Below, piece after piece: positions 9,773 to 17,925 of a stretch of 64,000 bases of DNA. Under the pieces are notes generated by a model that worked only from the letters and a program-made list of their open reading frames with translations, was not told the origin of the DNA and did no database searches. The translations under genes and the position numbers were made by a program. Within the stretch, counting starts at the first letter, position 1, and each line of letters opens with the position of its first letter. Source of the stretch: Thermoanaerobaculia bacterium (lineage in GTDB: Bacteria > Acidobacteriota > Thermoanaerobaculia > Multivoradales > Multivoraceae); contig OY761158.1 of the NCBI GenBank assembly GCA_963664405.1, positions 1,216,001-1,280,000 of the forward strand, given 5' to 3'.

Positions 9773-10387
9773 TTACCGTTCCTCCGCTACACGCTTCGCC
9801 GACGCACGTTCGTTGACGCGACCAAGATAGTCGCTCAATTCAGGCAGTTCTGCCGTCAGATCAATGCCGCACAGCTTCTTCGCGACCATGGTGGCGAGAG
9901 GTACGGTGTTGGCGACCACAATGTCGGCGACCGTGAACTGACTCCCACCGATCCAGGGGTCGAAGGTCGCGAGGCGGCCCAGTGATTTCACCCCGCGCGG
10001 CACCATTTTGTTGACGGTCTTGTTGATTGCCTCGTCCTCGGGTGCACCGAAGGCGGCAGCCGGAACGCCCGGTCGCGCGGCGAGGTCGATGTAATAGATG
10101 GCGTGGTGGGCAATCTGTCGCGCTCGCGCACGAGCGTAGGCGCCGCCAGGCAGGAGGGTTGGTTCCGGATGGGTTTCCTCGAGGTACTCGAAAATCGCCA
10201 TGGTCTCCGCGAGCGGCCCTTCGGGCGTCTCGAGGCTGGGTACCTTGCCCATCGGACTACGCGCCAGCCATGCTTCGTCCCGGCCCGGCATCTGCTCCAC
10301 TTCTTCGAATTCGAGGCCCTTCTCGATCAGCATCGTCTTTGCGATGGTGTAGTAGTTGCTCATCTTGATTCCGTGCAGTCTCAACAT
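9773..10387 (-). CDS. Glutathione S-transferase
   Basis: SNYY N-terminal motif, SPMGKVP, ETMAIFEYLEE and FTVADI. Confidence 0.9.
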   Translation of the reverse strand: MLRLHGIKMSNYYTIAKTMLIEKGLEFEEVEQMPGRDEAWLARSPMGKVPSLETPEGPLAETMAIFEYLEETHPEPTLLPGGAYARARARQIAHHAIYYIDLAARPGVPAAAFGAPEDEAINKTVNKMVPRGVKSLGRLATFDPWIGGSQFTVADIVVANTVPLATMVAKKLCGIDLTAELPELSDYLGRVNERASAKRVAEER

Positions 10388-10426
10388 GGTGAATCTCCTT
10401 TGCTTGTTTTCGTGTGAGGCGGGACC

Positions 10427-11533
10427 CTATCCCTCCGCCAGCAGCTGATTGTCTTTGCGGCTGATTCTCTGTGGAATCTGGAATTTCATCAGCTCCATTC
10501 CCCCAAGCCCTTCCAGCATAGGGTCCACCGTACGTCTTTCTGAACTGCTCAATGATTGATAGAAATCCAGCGCGCGCTGCAACATCCACTGTGAATAGGC
10601 CTGCACGACGCGAGTTTCTTTGACACCGCCAAGGCTAAAGTGGTGCTCACCAAACATTGGAGGAATGGGCTCGCCGGGATGTTCTCTCACCCACGCCTCA
10701 ACATGCCTGGCAATATCCATCAACAGTGGGCCGTGTTCTTCAAATTGATGTCTCAAAATCGGATACAGCGTTTCCGGCACAGCGTCGCCTGGTAGGAAGC
10801 TTCCTGATTTAGGTTCAGGATTGTTCATCCGAACAACCCATCGGTAGACTTCCGGCGCACGATCCTGCATGAGCTTCTGAGGGTATGGATCCCTGCCAAG
10901 ATGCGCATAAAGTGGGCCCATAAAACCAAAATCACCCACGCTGGGTCGGCTCCCCAACAGGAAAGGGTATTGCATGAAGTGGCCATTGAGGTGATCCAGA
11001 AACATCCCATACCACCTTTCGATCGGTTTGTGGGTCCTCTGTGTTATTCCAAGGCGAGGCAAGACCACATCCTTTCGATGATTCGCCACCTTTTCCCAGA
11101 TCTGATATCGCACCTCTTCATTTGCATCGGGCTCATGATTGGCACCAAATTCGTTGCCAAGCAATTCGAAATTCTCGTCCTTAAAATACCAGCGGTAATA
11201 CATGGCTGGAAAAAAGAGAAATTCATCCCCGTACAACTCCAGCAGAAACGCAACTAATTTTTGCTTGGGTGTGTCCGGATAGATGGAAGGCGCCGGAAAG
11301 CGGGCTTCTAGAAAATCAATGATCTCGGTGGTGTCCTGCACCGCTACATCATCCGGCGAAACGATCACAGGAACCAGATCAATATTGGTGCGGGGAGACA
11401 ACACCTCTCGACGCATTTGACGCGTGGTCGTGATCTCCTCGAACGGGATATCCTTGTAACGCAAATAGGCCCTGGTTTTTCCGGAGTACAGGGAGAACTC
11501 ATACCCATAGTGTTTATAGACTTCGTTAGTCAT
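10427..11533 (-). CDS. Long glutathione S-transferase family protein
   Basis: SLYSGKTRAYLRYK, QDTTEIIDFLE and FLLGSRPSVGDFGFMGPLYAHLGRDP; visibly more AT-rich than its flanks. Confidence 0.85.
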   Translation of the reverse strand: MTNEVYKHYGYEFSLYSGKTRAYLRYKDIPFEEITTTRQMRREVLSPRTNIDLVPVIVSPDDVAVQDTTEIIDFLEARFPAPSIYPDTPKQKLVAFLLELYGDEFLFFPAMYYRWYFKDENFELLGNEFGANHEPDANEEVRYQIWEKVANHRKDVVLPRLGITQRTHKPIERWYGMFLDHLNGHFMQYPFLLGSRPSVGDFGFMGPLYAHLGRDPYPQKLMQDRAPEVYRWVVRMNNPEPKSGSFLPGDAVPETLYPILRHQFEEHGPLLMDIARHVEAWVREHPGEPIPPMFGEHHFSLGGVKETRVVQAYSQWMLQRALDFYQSLSSSERRTVDPMLEGLGGMELMKFQIPQRISRKDNQLLAEG

Positions 11534-11679
11534 CTTGGGGGGCCGAGTGTGTCGGTAGCGACTCATTGTATCGACAAGGGTCGCGGCCAGTCTCGATACC
11601 CACTTCCGTCGACTCACTGACAACCGGCGGCCGCACTTCACCCCTGTGCTACCGTCCGCAGGCTCGACGAGAGACGACG

Positions 11680-11770
11680 ATGAGCAGTGCCCTCGATGGG
11701 GTCCGAGTCCTCGACTTCGGCCAGTACGTAGCTGGCCCGCTCGCAGCCATGCTGCTGTCCGCCCAGGGCT
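11680..11770 (+). pseudogene. N-terminal stub of a family III CoA-transferase (CaiB/BaiF)
   Basis: MSSALDGVRVLDFGQYVAGPLAAMLLSAQG, after which the homology ends. Confidence 0.7.
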
Positions 11771-11934
11771 CGTTGCCTCGAGGGTGCTCGTCGAGTCGCT
11801 CTAGCCGCGCCCATCGATACATGCTCTTATCACCAGAGAGTTGGTGAAGGAATCGATATCCGGGAAGACAGCGGCTTTCCCATCGAATTGACGAAGCAGG
11901 CGAGCCTCCGATAGGTTGCTTGGAAGGGCAGAAA

Positions 11935-13407
11935 ATGAATGGCGGATTCGACTTCGACAACACCTACGCGCGTGAGCTCGATGGCTTCTACGTAGCGTCG
12001 AAGGCGGCCGAAGTACCGGATCCGAAACTGCTGAAGCTCAACCGCGGTCTCGCCGTGGAGCTTGGCCTGGATCCCGACGCTCTCGCTTCCGCTCGCGGTG
12101 CCGCAATCTTCGCCGGCAACGAGCTCCCTGAAGGCGCCAGCCCCCTGGCACAGGTCTATGCCGGGCACCAATTCGGCGGCTTTGTGCCCAGGCTCGGCGA
12201 CGGCAGGGCACTGCTTCTGGGCGAGGTCATCGACCGCGCCGGTAGGCGTCGCGATGTCCAGCTCAAGGGCTCAGGGCGCACGCCCTTCTCGCGTGGCGGA
12301 GACGGCAAAGCGGCAATCGGTCCGGTTCTGCGGGAGTACCTGATCAGTGAAGCGATGCACACCCTCGGAATTCCCACCACCCGCGCGCTCGCAGGCACGA
12401 CAACCGGCGAACAGGTCTTCCGCGAAGAGTCGCTCCCAGGGGCAGTGCTCACACGCGTCGCGGCAAGCCACATAAGGGTCGGTACGTTCGAGTTCTTCGC
12501 TGCGCGCGGAGAAATAGAGAAGGTAAAGCAGCTCGCCGACTACAGCATCGCGCGCCACTATCCGGAGCTTCGCGACACAGATCGCCCCTACCTCGCTTTC
12601 CTGGCAGCGGTGGGCGACGCTCAGGCGGCATTGCTCGCACGCTGGATGCACGTTGGCTTCGTTCATGGCGTGATGAACACCGACAACACCGCGATCTCAG
12701 GGGAAACGATCGACTACGGGCCGTGCGCCTTCCTCGACAGCTACGATCCGGACGCGGTATTCAGCTCGATCGACACCGGCGGGCGTTATGCCTACCGGCA
12801 ACAGCCCTTGATCGCACGCTGGAACCTCGCTCGGCTGGCCGAGTCGCTGCTTCCCCTGATCGATGACGACCACGAGCGAGCTGGCGAGCTGGCAAGCGAT
12901 ACCGTCAATGGTTTTGCCGATCGCTACGCCCTGCACTGGCTCGAAGGGATGCGTGCAAAGCTGGGGCTGGTCGATTCAGAAGAGGACGACCTCGATCTAG
13001 CGAATGGCTTCCTGGCCGCTCTGGAAGGGCAGAACGCCGACTACACACTCGCCTTCCGACGACTGTCGGAGGCGGCCAGGGGTAACGACGACTCGCTACG
13101 GGCCCTTCTCGACGATCCCGGCGCATACGATCACTGGGCGAAGCGCTGGCAGGCTCGGTTGTCCCGCGAGAGCTTGAGCGCCGAAGCGCGGGAGCAGGCC
13201 ATGAACCTCGTGAACCCGATCTACATTCCCCGGAATCACAAGGTCGAGGAAGCACTGGCGGCAGCGGCGGACGGCCAGACGCTCGGACCCTTCGAGAGAT
13301 TGCTCGAGATCCTCGAGAGCCCCTTCGAGGAGAAGGAGGGGCTCGAAGCCTATGCATCACCGGCGCCCGCTAGCTTCGGATGCTATCGGACCTTCTGCGG
13401 CACTTGA
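11935..13407 (+). CDS. ydiU: Protein adenylyltransferase SelO / YdiU
   Basis: YAGHQFGG, LGDGRA, QLKGSGRTPFSRGGDG, GFVHGVMNTDN, DYGP and C-terminal YRTFCGT. Confidence 0.95.
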   Translation: MNGGFDFDNTYARELDGFYVASKAAEVPDPKLLKLNRGLAVELGLDPDALASARGAAIFAGNELPEGASPLAQVYAGHQFGGFVPRLGDGRALLLGEVIDRAGRRRDVQLKGSGRTPFSRGGDGKAAIGPVLREYLISEAMHTLGIPTTRALAGTTTGEQVFREESLPGAVLTRVAASHIRVGTFEFFAARGEIEKVKQLADYSIARHYPELRDTDRPYLAFLAAVGDAQAALLARWMHVGFVHGVMNTDNTAISGETIDYGPCAFLDSYDPDAVFSSIDTGGRYAYRQQPLIARWNLARLAESLLPLIDDDHERAGELASDTVNGFADRYALHWLEGMRAKLGLVDSEEDDLDLANGFLAALEGQNADYTLAFRRLSEAARGNDDSLRALLDDPGAYDHWAKRWQARLSRESLSAEAREQAMNLVNPIYIPRNHKVEEALAAAADGQTLGPFERLLEILESPFEEKEGLEAYASPAPASFGCYRTFCGT

Positions 13408-13470
13408 CAAGCAGAGAGGGCCAGCACGGCCGGCCCGGTCCACGGGGCCGCGGACGGCCGCGTTCAAGCT

Positions 13471-14175
13471 TCACACCCCCGACCTCTGGTACGCGACGCT
13501 AAAGCGAGAAGTCTCGACAGCCCCGCTCAACTCCTCTTCCAGAGCCGCGAGCTTGCTCGGCGTGAGCTCCCGGAAACTGTAGGTGAGGACCATCTCGCCG
13601 TCGTGTCGCGCAAGACTCTCGAGTCGCCCTCGGCGAACCCGCTCTTCCAATAGAGACAGCACCGACGCCCGTTTCTCGTCGAATTCCGCTACATCGGCCG
13701 AAAGAAGAACGACTCCGCTACGGCCACCGCCACCAAGCTTTCCCCACATCCAGTCTCCGCCGGCCGCGGCAACAAGAGCGATCACCAGGATGATTGCGAG
13801 GAAGGCGAAGTTGAAGGTGGCGCAGGCGAGCGAAGCGGCAATCACCACCATGAGAAACCCGATCTCCTCCGGTTCCTTGACGGGGGTACGAAAACGCACG
13901 ATCGAAAGGGCTCCGAGGAGTCCCAGAGATAGCGGCAGAGAGAACTGGATGCAGATGAAGATCGCGGTGATCGACAGACCCAAGAGCGGGAACGCCCGAT
14001 GCATCTCGGTGCCGGTCTGCCGACTTCCATAGAATCGCGAGTAGAGGTAGGCCACGAACACAGCGCTTGCCAGCGACAGCCCGAGGACGAGAAAGAAGGG
14101 AACAATCCCGACCTCCTCCATCTGGCGGTCCCCCAGCTCTCGCAGTCGTTCGAGACTTGACGTCAGGTCTTCCAT
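13471..14175 (-). CDS. DUF4956 membrane protein
   Basis: SLPLSLGLLGALSIVRFRTPVKEP motif; multiple TM helices. Confidence 0.85.
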   Translation of the reverse strand: MEDLTSSLERLRELGDRQMEEVGIVPFFLVLGLSLASAVFVAYLYSRFYGSRQTGTEMHRAFPLLGLSITAIFICIQFSLPLSLGLLGALSIVRFRTPVKEPEEIGFLMVVIAASLACATFNFAFLAIILVIALVAAAGGDWMWGKLGGGGRSGVVLLSADVAEFDEKRASVLSLLEERVRRGRLESLARHDGEMVLTYSFRELTPSKLAALEEELSGAVETSRFSVAYQRSGV

Positions 14176-14210
14176 CGTTGGCTCACTTTCTGGGAGTTGT
14201 TGGATCGGTG

Positions 14211-14909
14211 TCAGGTGGAAAAACAGGCGAGGGCATACTTGGAGAAAGAGTCAGCTCGGCATCCCAGCTCCAACAGGCCCCGCATCACCGGCGGCAGCTC
14301 AGGCGAATCTCCTTTTGCCTCCACCACCGTACCGAGCCCACCCTTGGTCATCACCGATCCGGGCAGCGCCAGCGGATTGTGCGCCTCGACCCGGATCTCA
14401 CGATCGAGGGAGACCCTGGTGCCCGTGTAGGGCTCTACAAAACGCAATCGCTCGTAGCGCATGAAGAGCACCGGCATCAGAAGCGGAGGGCACCAAAGGC
14501 CGGCACGTCGCAGAAGAGTGCCCAGATCGGGCATGCCGGGGTGATCCAGCTCGAGCGAGGCCGGAGCCGGCTCAGGCATGTTCAAACGGACTCGCCCCTT
14601 GCTCCGCCTCGTACCGCGCCTGAGCTTGATCTCGGCGAAAGCTACGGTCGGTGGGGGGCCACTTTCTTCCTCGTACCAGCGCAGCCGCACCCTGGTCTTG
14701 AGGTAGTCACTGTCGAACTTCTCCCCCAGTAGAGCCAGGCTCGGGGTGTCGTAGTAGATCGTCGCCACGGTGTTGAGCGGGTGCTGCAGGTCCGCAACAC
14801 AGCAACTATCCAGGAAGTCGCGGACTAGGGCCACGCTGAGACGAGGCGCGACCTCGTGTTTGAGCTCGTACTCGAGCGGCCCGAAACCGGCTGTCGGCAC
14901 CCAGTTCAT
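14211..14909 (-). CDS. VTC (polyphosphate polymerase-like) domain protein
   Basis: ELK, TIYYDTP, KTRVRLRWY, RVSLD and FSKY; adjacent to DUF4956 as usual. Confidence 0.8.
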   Translation of the reverse strand: MNWVPTAGFGPLEYELKHEVAPRLSVALVRDFLDSCCVADLQHPLNTVATIYYDTPSLALLGEKFDSDYLKTRVRLRWYEEESGPPPTVAFAEIKLRRGTRRSKGRVRLNMPEPAPASLELDHPGMPDLGTLLRRAGLWCPPLLMPVLFMRYERLRFVEPYTGTRVSLDREIRVEAHNPLALPGSVMTKGGLGTVVEAKGDSPELPPVMRGLLELGCRADSFSKYALACFST

Positions 14910-15010
14910 ACGTCTGACCAGTACATTGTCGCCTAGACTCGAAGTGTGACAACAGCGTCACCCTTGGCGCGGCTGTGACAATATCTCTTATGATCGTTGC
15001 AAAGGGTCCG

Positions 15011-16885
15011 CTATCGAATCGTCATCCGGCCGAGTGCTTCGCTCTCGAGCGGCAGCTTGGCGTCGCCGGCCTCGAAACCGTTGATCTGGAGCACATAGGC
15101 AACGATCTCGACATAGGTTGAGTCCGGCAGCGAACCCGGAGACTCCGGCGGCATGGTCTTGGCGTAGACGTAGAAGTCCGCAACCGTCCTTCCAGACCAT
15201 TCACCCTCGAAATACTCGCCCGCGAGCGGGGTGCCGAACGCGCCGTCGGTCATCGTGTTGCCATGGCAGACCGCGCAGTAGGACTTGTAGGCGGTCTTTC
15301 CGATCGCGGCCTGCCCGGCAGTGAACCGGGGCGGCATGCCGGCAGCGCCTTCCCTACCGGAAGCAGCCGTCTGAGCTCCATGCGGAGTAGGCTCGCTCCG
15401 TCGCGGCAGGTCCGTCATCGCGTCTTCCCCTGCCGTGCCCTCACCTTCGTAGGTGAAGGCGAGAATCGCACCCGGGTTCCGCATTGTCTTGGTCACGCCC
15501 CCGCCAACAGCCTCGGCAAGACCACTCGAATCGGTGGCGATGTAGATCGTCTTGCGGTCCGGGCTGACCGCCGTGTCGCGGAGACGGTTCTCGGACTGGA
15601 AATAACGCCTCATGTGGCCGGAGGTAGCCTGCCCTTCGGCATTGAGAGGCGCGACATAGAGCGAGCCGCGCTTGAGCGTCGTCACCAAGAGGACCTGGTC
15701 CCACCCTGGGATGCCCTCGCCTTCCGACCGGTAGTACTCGACGCTCGAAGCACCGACGGTCGGGAAGCAGATGAAATTGATGCTGCCGCAAGCAGGGTCG
15801 TGAAAATCGTAGTCGCTCTCGACCGTGAACAGGGTCGCGATCGGCGGTACGAAGGCCTTGGTGAAAGCCGACTCGGCCTCCAGCGGCACGGAGGGATCAA
15901 TGCCAACGTTCTCCCATTGCAGATCGGCGCACGGCGTGGTCGCGTCGGCCCAGCGAGCGTAAACATAGGCGTTGTCATCCTGGCGACCAGCAACATGCGG
16001 CCAGCCATAGTTGGAGCCCGGCTTGAGGATATTGATCTCGTCATCGGTCTTCGGCCCGTGCTCGGTCGAATAGAGCGTGCCGTCCGGCCCGAAGTCGATG
16101 CCCTGCGGATTGCGGTGACCGTAGGTGTATACATGGCTCACCACTCCGGCGATCTCCGGATTGTCATCGGGCACGGAGCCATCGAGATCGAGGCGCAGCG
16201 ATTTGCCGACATAGGAGACGTAATTCTCGTCGTCGAGCTCTTGCTGGGTGGGCAGACGCTGGGCCTCGATCGGCTGGCAGAAGTTGGTGATCTGATTGTT
16301 ACCTTTGTCGCCGTTGGTGAAGTAGAGCTTGTTGTCGGGACCCACCTTGAGACGCCCGGCATTGTGGTCGTTGCCGGTTGGCAGCCCGGTGATCAGGTCG
16401 ACGGGATTGGACAACGTTCCATCCGCCTCGTCGTAGCTGAGCCGCACGATCTTGGCGTATAGATAGCGGTAGGGACTGTTCGTGTCGCTGACCGCCGAAA
16501 CCGCCCCCTCGCCCTCATCCACGTAGGTATAGGCGACGTACACGTATTCGTTGCCGGTGCCTTGCAGCAGCTCGGGGTGCAGGGCCATGCCAAGCAAGCC
16601 ATCCTGAGCGCCGGGTGCGGAGACCTCACTGAGGGTGATCGCCACGCTCTGGTCGCCGCTGACGGGATCGATGCGGCTGACACGCTTGCCGGTGCGCTCG
16701 GTCACCCAGAGCCTATCGTCGGGCCCCCATGTCACTTCCCAAGGCCCTGCGAGCCCAGAGATGAGCACCCTCTCGCCGAAGTGTTTGGTGCCGCGCACAA
16801 CCGAGTCGGTCGTGTCGTGAGCGAGGACTGGTTGGGCGAAAGCTAGCGCCGTCAACAGGAACAGAGATGGAGCGAAGTACTTCAT
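15011..16885 (-). CDS. Periplasmic PQQ-dependent glucose/sorbosone dehydrogenase (GdhB type) with C-terminal cytochrome c
   Basis: Signal peptide; QDGLLGMALHP, HNAGRL, YGHRNPQG and NYGWP; C-terminal CAVCH heme motif. Confidence 0.9.
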   Translation of the reverse strand: MKYFAPSLFLLTALAFAQPVLAHDTTDSVVRGTKHFGERVLISGLAGPWEVTWGPDDRLWVTERTGKRVSRIDPVSGDQSVAITLSEVSAPGAQDGLLGMALHPELLQGTGNEYVYVAYTYVDEGEGAVSAVSDTNSPYRYLYAKIVRLSYDEADGTLSNPVDLITGLPTGNDHNAGRLKVGPDNKLYFTNGDKGNNQITNFCQPIEAQRLPTQQELDDENYVSYVGKSLRLDLDGSVPDDNPEIAGVVSHVYTYGHRNPQGIDFGPDGTLYSTEHGPKTDDEINILKPGSNYGWPHVAGRQDDNAYVYARWADATTPCADLQWENVGIDPSVPLEAESAFTKAFVPPIATLFTVESDYDFHDPACGSINFICFPTVGASSVEYYRSEGEGIPGWDQVLLVTTLKRGSLYVAPLNAEGQATSGHMRRYFQSENRLRDTAVSPDRKTIYIATDSSGLAEAVGGGVTKTMRNPGAILAFTYEGEGTAGEDAMTDLPRRSEPTPHGAQTAASGREGAAGMPPRFTAGQAAIGKTAYKSYCAVCHGNTMTDGAFGTPLAGEYFEGEWSGRTVADFYVYAKTMPPESPGSLPDSTYVEIVAYVLQINGFEAGDAKLPLESEALGRMTIR

Positions 16886-17035
16886 TAGAATCTCTCGAGG
16901 GTTGCGACGAAAGAACCAGAGTATTCCATCGTCCGCTCGAGGTCACGAACAAGCAGCCCCACCCAAGCAGAGGACTTAATCCGGTCGACCTTACTCCCGT
17001 GGCGCCGACTCTCACTGAGAGCAGCCAGCGCGGAC

Positions 17036-17704
17036 TCACGCACCAAGCCAGGCGGTGAGTCTTGATCTCTCGCGGACCAAGCCATCCTGATTGAAGTGGT
17101 GAACACAGAAGTGGGCCCAGGTATCTTCGAACGCCATCTCCATGTCACCCGTCACCGATGTGGTGCCTAGTCCGAGCTCCGCGTAGGTAAATTCGATGCT
17201 GCCGCTCGGACGCGCAATCGCAACATGAAACGGCTCACCATTGAACTCGTTGATCTTCGGGCTCCCGCTGCTCTTCAGTATGCCGGGTATCTCGGCCCTG
17301 GCGGTCCGCCCCTCCAGGTCGGCCACCAGGTCTATCGGCAAGAACAAAGTCTCGCAAAACTCGGAACAGGTCGACGCAAAGACAGAGAAGAAATTGCTCA
17401 AAGGCGCGCCGGCCCGCCCTGAAACTATCGTTTCGAGTGCACTCCGCTGTGCTTCATCCGCTCGTTCGTCGATGACGATCTGACGTTTTCCGTTACCGTC
17501 CGCGATCTCTCCCGGCCACTTGTAGAGACCCGCCCAGTTCAGTCCCCTGATCGGAGTGTCGTTGAAGTGACCTTCGACGATGTGGCCGATGAAGGCTGAT
17601 TGACAATAACCATAGGTGCTCGGCAGATTGAACTGGCAGCCGCAGTTGATCTCGCAATTGCAGTTATCGTAGGTCTCGCTCTTGAAGAGCCATTGATCCG
17701 TCAT
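17036..17704 (-). CDS. DUF1326 domain protein
   Basis: True start MTDQW at 17704 after a GGAGGAG RBS; ETYDNCNCEINCGC and IDERADEAQRSAL motifs. The ORF-track extension to 18385 is read-through of the repeat. Confidence 0.8.
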   Translation of the reverse strand: MTDQWLFKSETYDNCNCEINCGCQFNLPSTYGYCQSAFIGHIVEGHFNDTPIRGLNWAGLYKWPGEIADGNGKRQIVIDERADEAQRSALETIVSGRAGAPLSNFFSVFASTCSEFCETLFLPIDLVADLEGRTARAEIPGILKSSGSPKINEFNGEPFHVAIARPSGSIEFTYAELGLGTTSVTGDMEMAFEDTWAHFCVHHFNQDGLVRERSRLTAWLGA

Positions 17705-17718
17705 CTCGACGCTCCTCC

Positions 17719-17884
17719 CTAGACCAGCGTTTCCAAAGTTCGCGCACACATCTCGGCCCCTTCTGCCCGCTGGCGGCGTTGCGCCTCCTCGACATATTGC
17801 CCAATATGCCTGCGTCGCCGCGCCTGGCCAGCAAACAGAATGACCTCGAGCTATGCAACACGAACTCTGGAAACGCTGGTCTAG
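17719..17884 (-). repeat. CTAG-flanked palindromic MITE-like element, family 1, copy B
   Basis: Ends CTAGACCAGCGTTTCCAAAGTTCG / CGAACTCTGGAAACGCTGGTCTAG; 162 bp between the CTAGs; near-identical to the 61111 copy in reverse orientation. Confidence 0.9.
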
Positions 17885-17925
17885 TCCTCTTGTGGCTCTC
17901 TGAAAGGCTTTGCCCTCGACGAGCT

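Noticed and set aside
13393-13407. SelO ends C-G-T-TGA, which looks like CxxU
   Set aside because: YRTFCGT is the normal bacterial YdiU terminus, and its Cys is the residue equivalent to the eukaryotic Sec. Read-through would run antisense into the DUF4956 gene.
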